A stretch of 64,000 bases of DNA from Eledone cirrhosa (taxonomy: Eukaryota): assembly GCA_964016885.1 (NCBI GenBank), contig OZ024741.1:340318001-340382000 (forward strand), given 5' to 3'. The notes beneath the pieces are model-generated. The model worked only from the letters and a program-made list of their open reading frames with translations, did not search any database and was not told the origin of the DNA. Below, piece after piece: positions 51,953-64,000 of this stretch (its first letter is position 1; each line of letters starts with the position of its first letter). Both the position numbers and the translations under genes were made by a program.

Positions 51953-52684
51953 ATCATCATCATCAACGTTTAACGTCAGTGTTCGACGCTTGCATGGGTT
52001 TGGATGGGGGTAGTCCCACTTGAGGCAAGAGTGATTGTCTTGCTCGCATAGGACTGTCTGGCAGGTTTTCTACAGTTGGATGCCCTTCCTAACACCAACC
52101 ACATTTACAGTGTGGGTCTGGGAGCTTTTTACCGTGTTGCCTACACGGCCACATTACAGCGTGGACTGTGTGTTTTTTTTGTCGTGACACCTACTGGCTG
52201 TAGTAGGTTTTACTATGTATTTAGGTAAGGCGGGTCTTCTCTGTTACTGAGTACCGCCAAAGGTCTCGGTCCAGTGACATTGTCTTGGAGAGGTGTAAGT
52301 GTGTGAGGTCGGAGTTTATCAGCTCGTCCCAGGTTTTTCTAGGTCTGCCTACTCTGTGGCTACCGTCTATCTTTATTGCCCTGCACTTTGTTATACAGCT
52401 ATCGACTTTCATGCGCATCACGTGTCCATACCAACGTAGCCTTCTCTCGAGTAAACAACATCTGATCCCTCTTATTTCTAATTTTTTCCTTAGTTCGTTT
52501 ATGCTTTGCCGTTCACGTATATTACTGTTACACATCCAGCGGAGCATGCAAGCTTCGTTCCTCTCTAGTCTGCGTATATCCTCTGCACACAATGCCCAGG
52601 TCTCACTGCCATGCAACATTGCTGTTCGTATGCAGGCATCGTACAACCTGCCTTTCATTTTTAGGGAGAACCCTTTAGCAGCTA
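51953..52684 (-). mobile_element. RTE-A-related 3' fragment
   Basis: [26 protein letters not shown]; (CAT)n on +. Confidence 0.9.
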
Positions 52685-53020
52685 TATATATGTATATATA
52701 TATATATATATATGTGTGTGTATATATATGTGTATATATATGTATATATATATGTATATATATATATATGTGTATATATATGTATATATATATATATGTG
52801 TATATATATGTATATATATGTATATATATATATATGTGTATATATATATAAATAAATATATATATATATGTGTGTATATATATGTATATATATATGTGTG
52901 TATATATATGTATATATATGTATATATATATATATAAATGGGTGTATATATATGTAGATATATATATGTGTGTATATATATGTATATATATGTATATATA
53001 TATATATAAATGTGTGTATA

Positions 53021-53090
<70 letters not shown>

Positions 53091-53284
53091 AATGTGTGTA
53101 TATATATGTATATATATATGTATATATATATGTATATATATATATATATGTATATATATGTATATATATGTGTATATATATGTATATATAGGTATACATA
53201 TATATATGTATATATATGTATACATATATATCTGTATATATATGTATATATATATATATATATATATTTGTGTGTATATATATG

Positions 53285-53315
<31 letters not shown>

Positions 53316-53366
53316 GTGTGTATATATATGTATATATATATATATATTTATATATATGTGTGTATA

Positions 53367-53443
<77 letters not shown>

Positions 53444-53564
53444 ATATATATGTATATATATATAAATGTGTGTATATATATGTATATATATGTATATATA
53501 TATATATATAAATGTGTGTATATATATGTATATATATGTATATATATATATATATAAATGTGTG

Positions 53565-53617
<53 letters not shown>

Positions 53618-53820
53618 GTGTATGTATATATATATATGTGTATATATGTGTATATATATATATGTGTATATATGTGTATATATATATATATATGTGTATA
53701 TATGTGTATATATATATGTGTATATATGTGTATATATATATATATATGTGTATATATGTGTATATATATATGTGTATATATGTGTATATATATGTGTATA
53801 TATTTCTATATATGTGTATA

Positions 53821-53889
<69 letters not shown>

Positions 53890-53930
53890 ATATATATGTG
53901 TATATATATGTATATATATATATATATATA
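52685..53930. repeat. (TA)n/(TG) microsatellite
   Basis: Direct observation. Confidence 0.97.
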
Positions 53931-54024
53931 TTGTTCCGAAGAGATTGTTTTGGTAAAAACAGGAGCAAGCAGGAGAAAGATCTCTACATCCGTAGTTTGT
54001 AGTTGCAATGGAGATTCAGTATAA

Positions 54025-54213
54025 TAATTGTTTCTACTTTTGGCTCAAGGCCAGCAATTATCCAGTGTATTACTGGTACTTTATTTTATCGACCCCGTAA
54101 GGATGAACGGCAAAGTTAACCTCGGCGGGATTTGAACTCAGAATGGCAAGGGCCGTAACTCTATGCGTCAAAGCATGGCGTCCGACTCTCTACCGATATT
54201 GCCAATCCACTGC
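54025..54213 (-). mobile_element. tRNA-derived SINE, near full length
   Basis: Minus strand reads ggcagtggattggcaatatcgg..gagttcaaatcccgccgagg..ggggtcgataaaataaagtacc. Confidence 0.85.
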
Positions 54214-54275
54214 CCTCAGTATAATAATAACATTAAGAAAGATGCTGATGTTATCATTATTATATATATATATAT

Positions 54276-56437
54276 CTTTACAGACATATGACATAGATAA
54301 TAACTGGAATTTCTTACGTGACAACTCACTGCAGACTACTGATGAAACTTGTGGCTGGAGCAGAGCTCCAACCAGACTTGGTGGCGGAACAGCACAGTAG
54401 ATAAGGCCATTAGAGATGGAAAGCTTGGAAAATAGGTGGGAGCAGAGAAGGATATACAGCCGCTAAGAGAGAAGCTAGATGTCAGGTGTACTTAGCACAC
54501 AGGGAGGCTGAGAGTAGGATGTTTGCCAATGTTCTGCGATGGGAAGATCAAGGGCATGCGGTGTTCCACATTGCAAGGCAGTGTGTCAATGCAAATCAGG
54601 ATGTTGTTGGAGATAAATGTGTCTGGAATCATGCCGGTGTACTTAGTGTCACGAATGATCAGAAAAAGGAGGCCTGGAAATGTCATTATGAGAGACTGAT
54701 GAATGTGGAGAACGAATGGGAGAGAGAGAAATTACCCTCAGTAGATCCGACAGAGGGACCAGCTATTCAGATTGATGAAAAGAGGCGATTAAGGAAATGA
54801 AAAATGGTAAGGCTGCTGGACCATCGGGGATAGTTGCTGAGATGCTGAAGGCATCAGGGGACGTAGGCACTAAATTGGTTGCACGCATCATCAATCAGGC
54901 TATATATGGTGGTGTCATACCCAAAGACTGGTGCAGAAGTATTCTCATAAATTGCTACAAAGGTAAAGGGGATGCTCTGGAGAGGAGCAATTATAGGGGT
55001 ATAATACTGATGGATCAGGTTATGAAAGTGGCAGAAAGGATATTAGCACAACTAATTAGAGAAAGGGTCAAACTAGATGAGATGCAGTTTGGTTTTGTGC
55101 CTGGGAAGAGTACAACAGATGCCCTCTTCTTGGTGAGACAATTACAAGAGAGGTTCTTAGAGAAAAATAAGCCACTATACTTAGCCTTTGTTGACCTAGA
55201 GAAGGCTTTTGATAGGGTACCCCGATCTGTCATCTGGTGGTCCCTAAGGAAACTAGGTGTTGAGGAATGGCTTGTGAGGACAGTGCAAACTTTATACAGA
55301 GGTACTGTCAATAAAGTCAGGGTAGGAATGGAGTTTAGTGAGAAATTCCAGATACAAGTAGGAGTACATCAAAGTTCGGTCCTCAGCCCGCTCTTGCTCA
55401 TTATACTCCTCCAGGCTATAACAGAGGAGTTTAAGACTGGCTGTCCATGGGAACTTCTCTATGCTGACGATCTGGTTCTTATAGCAGAATCAGTAGAGGA
55501 GCTAGAGAATAAATTCTGGCTATGGAAACGACAGTTGGAAGCAAGAGGACTGAGAGTGAACCTAGCTAAGACAAAAGTGTTGATGAGTAGAAAAGAGGAC
55601 AAAACTCTGATTCTGTCAGGGAAATGGCCATGTTCAATATGCAGAAAAGGAACTGGCATAAATTCTATAAAATGCACACAATACAGATCCTGGGTACACA
55701 AGAGATGTAGTGGGATAGCAGGCAAACTAACAGGAAGGGAGAAATACGTATACAGTAGATGACGGTAGAAGTCGCATTGATAGACACATTTTTCAAATGC
55801 AGGCGGGTGCTATAGAAGTGGTGGATAGCTTCCGGTACCTAGAAGATCAAATTAGCATGGGAGGGGGTGTTCCGAGGCCATAGTATCTAGAATAAGGATG
55901 GGTTGGAAGAAGTTTAGGGAGCTGCTTCCTCTGCTGACGAAGAAGGGTTTCTCCCTGCGTACGAAAGGCTGGTTATATGATGACTATGTGAGGAGCGCGA
56001 TGCTACATGGTAGTGAGACATGGGCAGCAACTGCAGAGGATATGCGATGGCTGGAGAGAAATGAGGCAAGCATGTTCCGTTGGATGTGCCATGTCAATGA
56101 GCGTGAATGACCCAGCATGAATGTGTTGAGAGAGAAACTGTGTCTGAGAGGGATAGAATGTAGTGTGCGAAAGAGGAGACTGAGGTGGTATGGACATGTG
56201 ATGCGCATGGAGGATGACCGATGGGTGAAGTGCCAGGAAATGCCAGTTGAAGGAAGACATGGTAGAGGTAGACCACGAAAAACATGGGCGGAGGTGGTGA
56301 GAACAGACCTCAGATTGCTGAAGCTCACGGTGGAGATGACGAAGGACCGTGACAAGTGGAGAGATGCTGTGCTGAATAAGACCTGTCCCACCCTTGCAAG
56401 CAGGGAAAAGCAGATGTAAAATGATGATGATGATGAT
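54276..56437 (+). pseudogene. Older RTE subfamily copy with frameshifts
   Basis: RT pieces at 54486-55762 (YADD) and 55898-56419; (GAT)n tail. Confidence 0.9.
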
Positions 56438-56514
56438 CTACATGTGTGTGTGTATAAATATGTATCTGTGTATATAAATGTGTGTATGTATATATATATA
56501 TATATGTATATATA

Positions 56515-57967
56515 TCATCATCATCATCTTCGTTTAACGTCCATTTTCCATGCTAGGCAAGGTTGGTCGGTTGACCGTGTCTCGCTCATATAGGACTATC
56601 TGGCAGGTTTTCTACGGCTGGATGCCCTTCCTAACACTAACCACATTTACAGTGTGGAACTGGGAACTTTTTACCGTGTTACCTACACGGCCACATTACA
56701 GCGTGGACTGTGTGTCTTTTTCCTCGTGACACCTACACGATCTCGATCTCATTATCTCATTTATTTGGACTGGATGTTGTGGTACCAACTTTACAGAGAG
56801 AGGGTGGTGTTGGTAGGAGTGGAAGGATAGGGTAGGGGTAGTGGATTGGGGTGTATATTTGGTTAAGAGGTGCCTACTGACTGTAGGTTTTGTTTTGTAC
56901 ATAGGCAAGGCGGGTCTTCTGTATTACTGCGTAGCGCCAAAGATCTCGGTCCAGTGACATTGTCTTAGAGAGGTGCAAGTGTGTAAGGTCGGAATTTATC
57001 AGATCATCCCAGGTTTTTCTGGGTCTACCTACTCCGTAACTACTATCAATTTTGATCGCCCTGCACTTTTTTATACAGCCGTCGTCTTTCATGTGCATCA
57101 CGTGGTCATACCAACATAGTCTTCTCTCAAGTAAACAGCATCTGATCCCTCTTATTCCTAATTTCTAACTTAGTTCATTTATGCTTTGCCGTTCACGTAT
57201 ATTACTGTTACACATCCAACAGAGCATGCATGCTTCATTCCTTTCCAGTCTGCGCAGGTCCTCTGCACGTAATGCCCATGTCTCACTGCCATGTAGCATT
57301 GCTGTTCGTATACAAGCATCATACAATCTGCCTTTCATTTTTAGAGAGAAACCTTTTGTGGCCAACAGCGGTATAAGCTCTCTGAACTTTTTCCATCCCG
57401 TTCTGACTCTGGCTACTGTACTTTCAGAACACCCTCCACCACTGCTGATTTCGTCACCCAGGTAACGGAAAGTGTCTACTATTTCTATAGAACCATCTGG
57501 GCAATAGAAGGAGCTTGTATCCTTTGGACACTTGCTACCTATTGCACCTGAGCATCGGCCACATATAAAGTCTACGTTCTTAGATAGTTTACCTGTGATC
57601 CCACTACATCTTTTATGTACCCATACTTTGCATTTGGGACATAAAATTGAATTCCTGCCTACTCCTTTCCTACACACTGAGCATGGCCATTTCCCTGTGG
57701 GTACCTGTGCCTTATTTTCCTTTCTACAAACTAGGACTTTAGTCTTAGACAAGTTAACTTTAAGGCCTCTTGATTCTAGGCTATGCTGCCATGTTTGGAA
57801 TTTCTTCTCTAGTTCAGCCATTGATTCAGCTATGAGCGTTAGATCATCTGCGTATAGGAGTTCCCATGGGCAGCCGGTCTTGAACTCCTCTGTTATAGCC
57901 TGAAGGGCAATAATAAATAGGAGGGGGCTAAGGACAGAGCCTTGGTGAACACCAACTTTTACACTAA
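56515..57967 (-). mobile_element. RTE-A-related 5'-truncated copy
   Basis: [14 protein letters not shown] and PHD-like finger; (CAT)n on +. Confidence 0.9.
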
Positions 57968-58073
57968 ATATATATATATATATATATATATATAACAAAG
58001 GAAATGTGGTAAGGAACCAGATGGACCATAACGCACCAGAGTACTCAATACTTAGGGTAGTAGAGTGGGAAAC

Positions 58074-58220
58074 AGGAAAAAGTATGACCCCGACGGCAGA
58101 GCTCAAGCCGTTTCAACGGCTATTTCTGGACAAACAGCTATTCTAGACAGACGGCTATTCTAGTCCAGAAATAGCCATCGAAACGGCTTGAGCTCTGCCG
58201 TCGGGGTCATACTTTTTCCT
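58074..58220. repeat. 58-bp inverted repeat within a ~230-bp insert in (TA)n
   Basis: 58074-58131 pairs with 58163-58220. Confidence 0.85.
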
Positions 58221-58251
58221 ATATACATATATATACACGCACACCTATATA

Positions 58252-58427
58252 CAGTGAAATTCCATTATAACGAAATTCATGGGATACGAAAAAAATTTGT
58301 TGTTACAAAAAGTTCTTTAAAAAGAGATCGACATAACACATCAAGCGTGTGGCCAGGGATTGAAAAAAAATGTTATTATACTGAAAAATTTGACATAATG
58401 GTATTTGTTATAACAGAATTTTACCTG
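58252..58427. mobile_element. pogo/Tigger-like MITE
   Basis: Imperfect TIRs cagtgaaattccattataac / gttataacagaattttacctg, with a TA on the left flank. Confidence 0.6.
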
Positions 58428-58448
58428 TGTGTGTGTATATATATATAT

Positions 58449-59074
58449 ATATTGTTATACTTGGGGAGAGTCATATTTGTGTAATAATATTGCCAGAATT
58501 AATAACAGAACACACTCACTGTTTGGTTGGTTTTCGCTTCTGTGTCTTTTATATCGGTTAATTTAATTTATTCGGTCCTCAATGTTACCATTGACTGATC
58601 AATGGTAAAAAATAAAGATACAATATAGATACACTATAGACACAAACACATATATATAGTCTAACAAAGTTCTTTCGTTGCACATCTGCAACATCGTCAG
58701 TGGTGCTATTATGTTTCCTCCCGTTGTATTGTATGCTTATGCCATCTTTATTTAGTCTTTTTATTTATTTATTTAAATAAATAAACAGAATAAATAAAGA
58801 TGATGAAAGAACTTTGTTAGACTATATATATGTTTGTGTCTATATTGTATCTGTATTTTTGACCGTTGGTCTGTCAATGGTAACATTGAGGACCGAATAA
58901 ATTAAATTAACCGATATAAAAGACACAGAAGCGAAAACCAACCAAACAGTTAGTGTGTTCTGTTATTAATTCTGGCAATATTATTACACAAATATGACCC
59001 TCCCCAAGTATAACAATATTTGTTTCGACACACGATTTCATATCAAAAACCTCGCAAAAGTAATTCATCGCTGT
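58449..59074. mobile_element. Fold-back pLTR-like element with variant HHR (~58663-58705 -)
   Basis: Arms 58449-58676 and 58805-59019. Motif cca CTGACGA t gttgca-gatg-tgcaac GAAA gaac TT tg. Confidence 0.7.
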
Positions 59075-59195
59075 TATATATATATATATATATATACATA
59101 TGTATATAAAAGGTAAACAGAAATAACAACACAATCGGTACAGTATATGGGAGGAATATTATATTAGGTTAACGCTTGAAATAGCAGGAAGAGGG

Positions 59196-59231
59196 TCTTA
59201 ACATTTCGGACACTAGTCCTTCATCAGAAGA
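59196..59231 (-). ncRNA. Minimal hammerhead ribozyme in a ~220-bp insert
   Basis: tctt CTGATGA a ggac-tagt-gtcc GAAA tg TT aaga (ACGT probably decayed to ATGT). Confidence 0.7.
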
Positions 59232-59320
59232 AAGGATGAGAAATTAGAAAGACTGAAGGGATGGCGGGACAGAATCGTAAAAAAATGTTTTATAGAGAAA
59301 AATAACTGGTCCATTCATGT

Positions 59321-59361
<41 letters not shown>

Positions 59362-59371
59362 TATATATATA

Positions 59372-60162
59372 TGGCATAGCAGTATCATCATCAACTGTTA
59401 CAAGGGCAAAGGAGACACCCTGGATAGAGGAAACTATAGTGGTATTAAATTAGTTGACCAAGTTATGAAAGTCACAGAAAGAGTTATTACTCAACTGATT
59501 AGAGACCAAATTGATCTAGATGAAATGTAGTTTGGGTTTGTGCCAGGTAAAAGTACCACAGATGCTCTTTTCCTTGTACGGCAATTACAGAAGTACCTAG
59601 CTAACAGTAAACCCCTATACTTAGCTTTTGTTGATTTAGAAAAAGCCTTTGACAGAGTCCCCCACTCCATTATCTGGTGGGCTCTCAGGTGTTGATGAAT
59701 GGCTGAACTAGAGAAGAAATTCCAAACATGGAAGCATGGCCTAGAATCAAAAGGCCTTAAAATTAACTTGTCTAAGACTAAAGTTCTAGTATGTAGAAAG
59801 GAGAATAGGGCACAGGTACCCTCTAGGAATGGCGATGCTCAGTGTGTAAGAAAGGAGTAGGCAGAAACTCCATTCTATGTCCCAAATGCAAAGTATGGGT
59901 ACATAAAAGATGTAGTGGGTTCAGAGGTAAGCGATCTAAGAATGTAGATTTTATATGTGGCCGATGCTCAGGTGCAGTAAGTGGCAATGACACACTGGAT
60001 GATATCTCCTTCAACTGCCCAGATGGTTCTATAGAAATAGTAGACACCTTCTGTTACCTGGGTGAGAAAATCAACAGTGGTGGAGGGTGCTCTGAAAGTG
60101 TAGTAGCCAGAGTTAGAGCGGGATGAAAAAAGTTCAGAGAGCTAATACCGCAGTTGGCCACA
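59372..60162 (+). pseudogene. Decayed internal RTE fragment
   Basis: Homologous to the RT region, with stops and deletions. Confidence 0.85.
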
Positions 60163-60164
60163 AG

Positions 60165-60640
60165 GACAACATGATTGGCATGGAGAGGGGAGACTGATAT
60201 GCATGGGTGATGAATGGTCTTCCACAAAACAAACCTTGCCCAGGCTTGTGCCTCAGAGGGAAACTTTCTAGGTGCAAAACCATGGTCATTCGTGACCAAG
60301 TGGGGCCTTAATCTTAATAATCCACTGCGCCAAAATCTTAGTCAAGTGTCTTCTATTTGAGCTTCAGGTTAACCAATACTTTGTGAGTAGAATTCAGTAA
60401 AAGGAAACTGCAGAAGCCCGTCGTGTGTATATTATGAATGTACGTATCTGTGTTTATGTTTACATTTGTGTCTGTGTTTTGTCCTGTAACTTGGCAATTC
60501 AAAAAAAAAAATCAATACAATAAGTGTCAGAGATGAAAATACAAAAGTAGTGGTGTTGATATAATTGACTAAATGAAGCTGGTACTCCAGCGTGGCCTCA
60601 GTTTAATGACTGAAATTAGTAAAAGATTAAAAGAATAATA
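60165..60640 (+). mobile_element. Degenerate SINE-like repeats
   Basis: caagtgtcttcta..ttgtgagtagaatt..ggaaactg..agaagcccgtcg resembles a common octopus SINE body (recalled, not searched). Confidence 0.5.
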
Positions 60641-60644
60641 AACA

Positions 60645-61300
60645 TACTATACTCACTACTATACTATGCTATACTATACTATAATATACTATGCAATAAT
60701 ATACAATACTATAATATATTATTCTATAGTTTACTGTATAATGTACTCTATACTATACTATGCTGTACCATACCATACTATACTCTAATATGCTACTATG
60801 CTATATTATATTATACTAACTATACTATAAAGTACAATACTACACTATACTATACATACTATACCATAGTAACTACGAGACCTGGTTGGAGGCCCAGCGT
60901 TCCAAGTTCTTTTTACAGGGCTTAGAAAAACATAAGGACTGCTGCAATAAGTGAATGAATCCAAGAGGGGAATATGTTGAATAAAATTAAATGATCCTCC
61001 TGTATTTTCTTTTACCCAAAGCCAAGAACTTTTCAGCACCCCTCCCCCGTATGCTGTATTACACTATGATATATTTACTATACTGTATTATACTGTATAA
61101 TGCTTTTACTATACTATACTGTACAATATTGTACTGTACTCTATTAACATTTGTTTTTACTAGGCTATATTATATTATACTACACTATACTGTACTACAC
61201 TGTAATGAACTATATTACACTACTCTATATTAACTAAGCTATACTATACTATAATGCACTATACTATATTGCACTATTCTATACTGCACTATTCTATACT
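60645..61300. repeat. Degenerate (TACTA)n pentanucleotide repeat with ~180-bp interruption
   Basis: actatactat runs, with unique sequence at ~60870-61050. Confidence 0.85.
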
Positions 61301-61505
61301 GAAGTGATTCATTTAAATAAAAATGGTGCTTGGTAGAGAAAAGTTTAGTAACTACTGATCTATATATATTTATATATAGAAAGTAGTGCTGAAGCATGGC
61401 CTTAGACATAATCAATCGATCTACTGTACATGAATATGTGTAAATTCTAACTTATATATATGTGTATTCATACCAGTGCATATATAGCGAAAGTATATGG
61501 CTTAA

Positions 61506-61713
61506 CCCTTTAGTATTTACATTTCTCTATATATAAAATTGTAGTTTCACAGTAAGGGCTTTATCTCATATAATATTGAATCTATGTGATCTTGATATTA
61601 TTTATTTTGAGAACAATACCTTAACATCAGTATGAGCAGCTGGTTACGGCCAGTTTGAACAGAAAGAGGTGAGAGGTTAATGGCCGGATTCGGCTGGTTT
61701 AAATGCTAAAGGG
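61506..61713. mobile_element. piggyBac-like MITE
   Basis: TTAA-CCCTTTAGTATTTA ... TAAATGCTAAAGGG-TTAA. Confidence 0.8.
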
Positions 61714-61739
61714 TTAATATTCAGGTTGTTTTTATTGTA

Positions 61740-61985
61740 AGGCTGGGAGTTTGATTCCTGGCAGCATGTTGTGTCCTTAAGCAAGACATTTTATTTCACA
61801 TTGCTCCAGACCACTTAGCTGGGGAAAATGAATTATACCTATGTCATGCTGAATCTCCCTGAAAACTATTTTAATAGTACACATACCTGTGGAATGCTCG
61901 GCTACTAGCACAATAATCTCATGTGTAAGCTGGATCATTGATTGAACAACTGGAATACTCATCATTAGAATTGATGAATATCCAG
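61740..61985 (+). mobile_element. SINE-like repeat (CORE-like)
   Basis: B-box-like GAGTTTGATTCC followed by gtgtccttaagcaagacattttatttcac. Confidence 0.5.
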
Positions 61986-62338
61986 CACACACACACACAC
62001 ATACAAGAGTTCATGTCAAAAATATAACCACCATTTAACTCATCCTGTAATGATTTAGTAGAAAATGTCTACAAATGAGTTTGTTAATTCAAATGTTTAT
62101 AATATCTTTACTAATGGACAGATTGTTGTGAACATTTACAGTAATAGACTAAAGTAAAGATTTAATTTTTTATGTGATGCTCTTTTGTACTTTTCCAAAA
62201 TGTATTGCTAATGTGATTTCATGTAGTTTGTTAATTCAAATGTTTATAGTACTTTTACTTGTGGAAAGATCTTTGTGTACATTTGCAGAATAATTTTAGT
62301 GCTGTTTTGTACTCTTTAAGACTGATTTGCTAATACAG

Positions 62339-62552
62339 GGTGGCAGATTGGCAGAATTGAAAGAGCGTCGGATAAACTGCTATTGCAGTATTTATTCTGG
62401 CTCTTTACATTCTGAGTTTAAATCCCATTGAGGTCAACTTTATTTTTCATACTTCAGGGGTCAATAAAATAAAGTACTAGTCAAGTACTGGAGCTGGTTT
62501 AATCAACTTTGCCCTTACCCAAATTTGCTGCCTTTGTGCCTAAATTAGAAAT
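62339..62552 (+). mobile_element. tRNA-derived SINE
   Basis: ggtggcagattggcagaattg..gagtttaaatccc..ggggtcaataaaataaagtact..gtgcctaaattagaaa. Confidence 0.8.
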
Positions 62553-62582
62553 TTATAATTGTGTCTCATTCCACTTTGACAG

Positions 62583-62908
62583 CTACCAACGAGTTGAAAT
62601 CAAATGTTGCTTTTACATCAAGTGAGCCAACTAAAAAAATGTGTTGCTGTAAAGTAGAACAAAAGATATTGACAGAGCAAGAACTAAAAGAGAAATGGGA
62701 ACAACTAACCAAAGAACTCAGCATGCCACGTAAAAATAGCTCAAAATACATTCGATCAAAAAACACCATGAAGGATGAGCGAAGTTCCTCTTTATACATT
62801 GGTTCAATGATTGTAGTTGTAGTTGTAATACCATTTGCCTTAATTATTCTAATGGATGTCATACCCCTAGTTAAATGGCTCTTAGAAAGCAAGCTTCACA
62901 TCATTTAA
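62583..62908 (+). CDS. Probable terminal coding exon of a host single-pass membrane protein
   Basis: Acceptor ccactttgacAG at 62582, open frame to TAA, CCC motif, coiled segment and hydrophobic TM (IGSMIVVVVVIPFALIILMD). AATAAA signals at 63086-63138. Confidence 0.7.
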
Positions 62909-63206
62909 GTGTTTTTACATTAAATTTTACTTTCAATAATAATTCTTTCTAACTTTTGCACAAAGCCACAAGGCTGAAATAACACAATTTTATTGTCTAA
63001 ATTTTATCACCCCAGTGATGGGGGTGAAATACAAAATTGATCACAACATTGTATGAATACTAAACATATGTGAAATATATATTTGAATAAATAAATCTTC
63101 ATTGCATATGAAATTTGTAAATAAATTATTTGAAATAAAGTGGTAAAGAGATACTATTTTGTTGTTTTCATTATCAATTGTATCAATGTTAGATATCGTT
63201 ATTAGT

Positions 63207-63830
63207 ATCATCATCATCATTTAATGTCTGCTCTCCTTGGTGGCAAGGATTGGGGGGGGGGGGGGTCTTCACAGACTGAGTCAGTCATGAAGCAGGTCTG
63301 TTGACACACCAGATAGGCTGGGTAACTGCATTCTTGCTTTCATATGGTTTCACACTCTACTAAGTGTATTTTATCATGCCACAAGCTCTAGAAAGCTTGT
63401 CATGTTTTAACACAACTGAATGGGCCTTCTAACCCTTTGTTTAGCAAACTTTCTATGGCTAGATGTTCTTCCTGTCACCAACAACTTTACAGAATGTAGT
63501 GGGTGTGTTTATTGTGTAGGTTGCCAACATTCGGGAGATTGTTATGCCCTTATACAACTAAAGGATCTTCTCAACCCTTTTTCTTTGGTAAACTTTCTAT
63601 GGCTGCATGACCTTCTTATAACCAGCCAGTTTACAACATGTTCTGGGTCCTTTTATTATGTAAATCACCAACACTAGAGAGGTTTTAAGTTGATTTAAGT
63701 GAATGGTCCTCTCAATCCTTTTGGCATGGTTTCTACAGCAAGGTGCCCATCCTATTGCCAACAACTTTACAAAGTATACTATGTGCATTTTCATGGCACC
63801 GACACTAGAGAGGTTATTGTTCCAACTGAA
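63207..63830 (-). mobile_element. RTE-3'UTR-related repeat with ~3 degenerate tandem subunits
   Basis: (CAT)n start and repeated tttctatggctagatg..cctgtcaccaacaactttaca, similar to the RTE 3' UTR. Confidence 0.55.
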
Positions 63831-64000
63831 GAGCCTCTGCAGCAAATAGGGGAAGGAGAAGAAAAAGTCGATAAGCATGAAGTTATGGATGTGTGGTGGG
63901 GTGTGATTTGACAAGGTGGTGAGGACGGGGAAAGGGATCTAGTAGAAGTGAGAATAATTAAACAACGATTTAATCGACTTACCCCTCCCCCAAAATTGCT

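Noticed and set aside
63420-63914. Short ORFs at the window end
   Set aside because: They lie in a degenerate RTE-UTR-like repeat and contain no recognisable domain.

Overview
AT-rich animal genomic DNA, most likely an octopus or other cephalopod. This is inferred from kilobase-scale (TA)n tracts, (GAT)n-tailed RTE LINEs, tRNA-derived SINEs and a mollusc-like terminal exon. The window is essentially a retroelement nest built inside (TA)n microsatellite. (1) Two GIY-YIG Penelope-like element (PLE) families are present: one with an intact ~800-aa RT+EN ORF and direct plus inverted pseudo-LTRs, and one 5'-truncated. (2) A 310-bp non-coding tandem array (about 9 copies, then about 4 inverted copies) carries a minimal type I hammerhead ribozyme (HHR) in every unit and resembles a retrozyme/circRNA-derived insertion. 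(3) Roughly 7 further small, often fold-back elements carry their own HHR or HHR-like motif. (4) There are many RTE LINE copies, one family recent and encoding a PHD-like finger, plus SINEs and two MITEs. (5) The only likely host coding sequence is a terminal exon at 62583-62908. The many 'IYIY' ORFs are microsatellite artefacts, and there is a 200-N gap at 26647-26846. All structures were read by eye; no folding or database searches were run.
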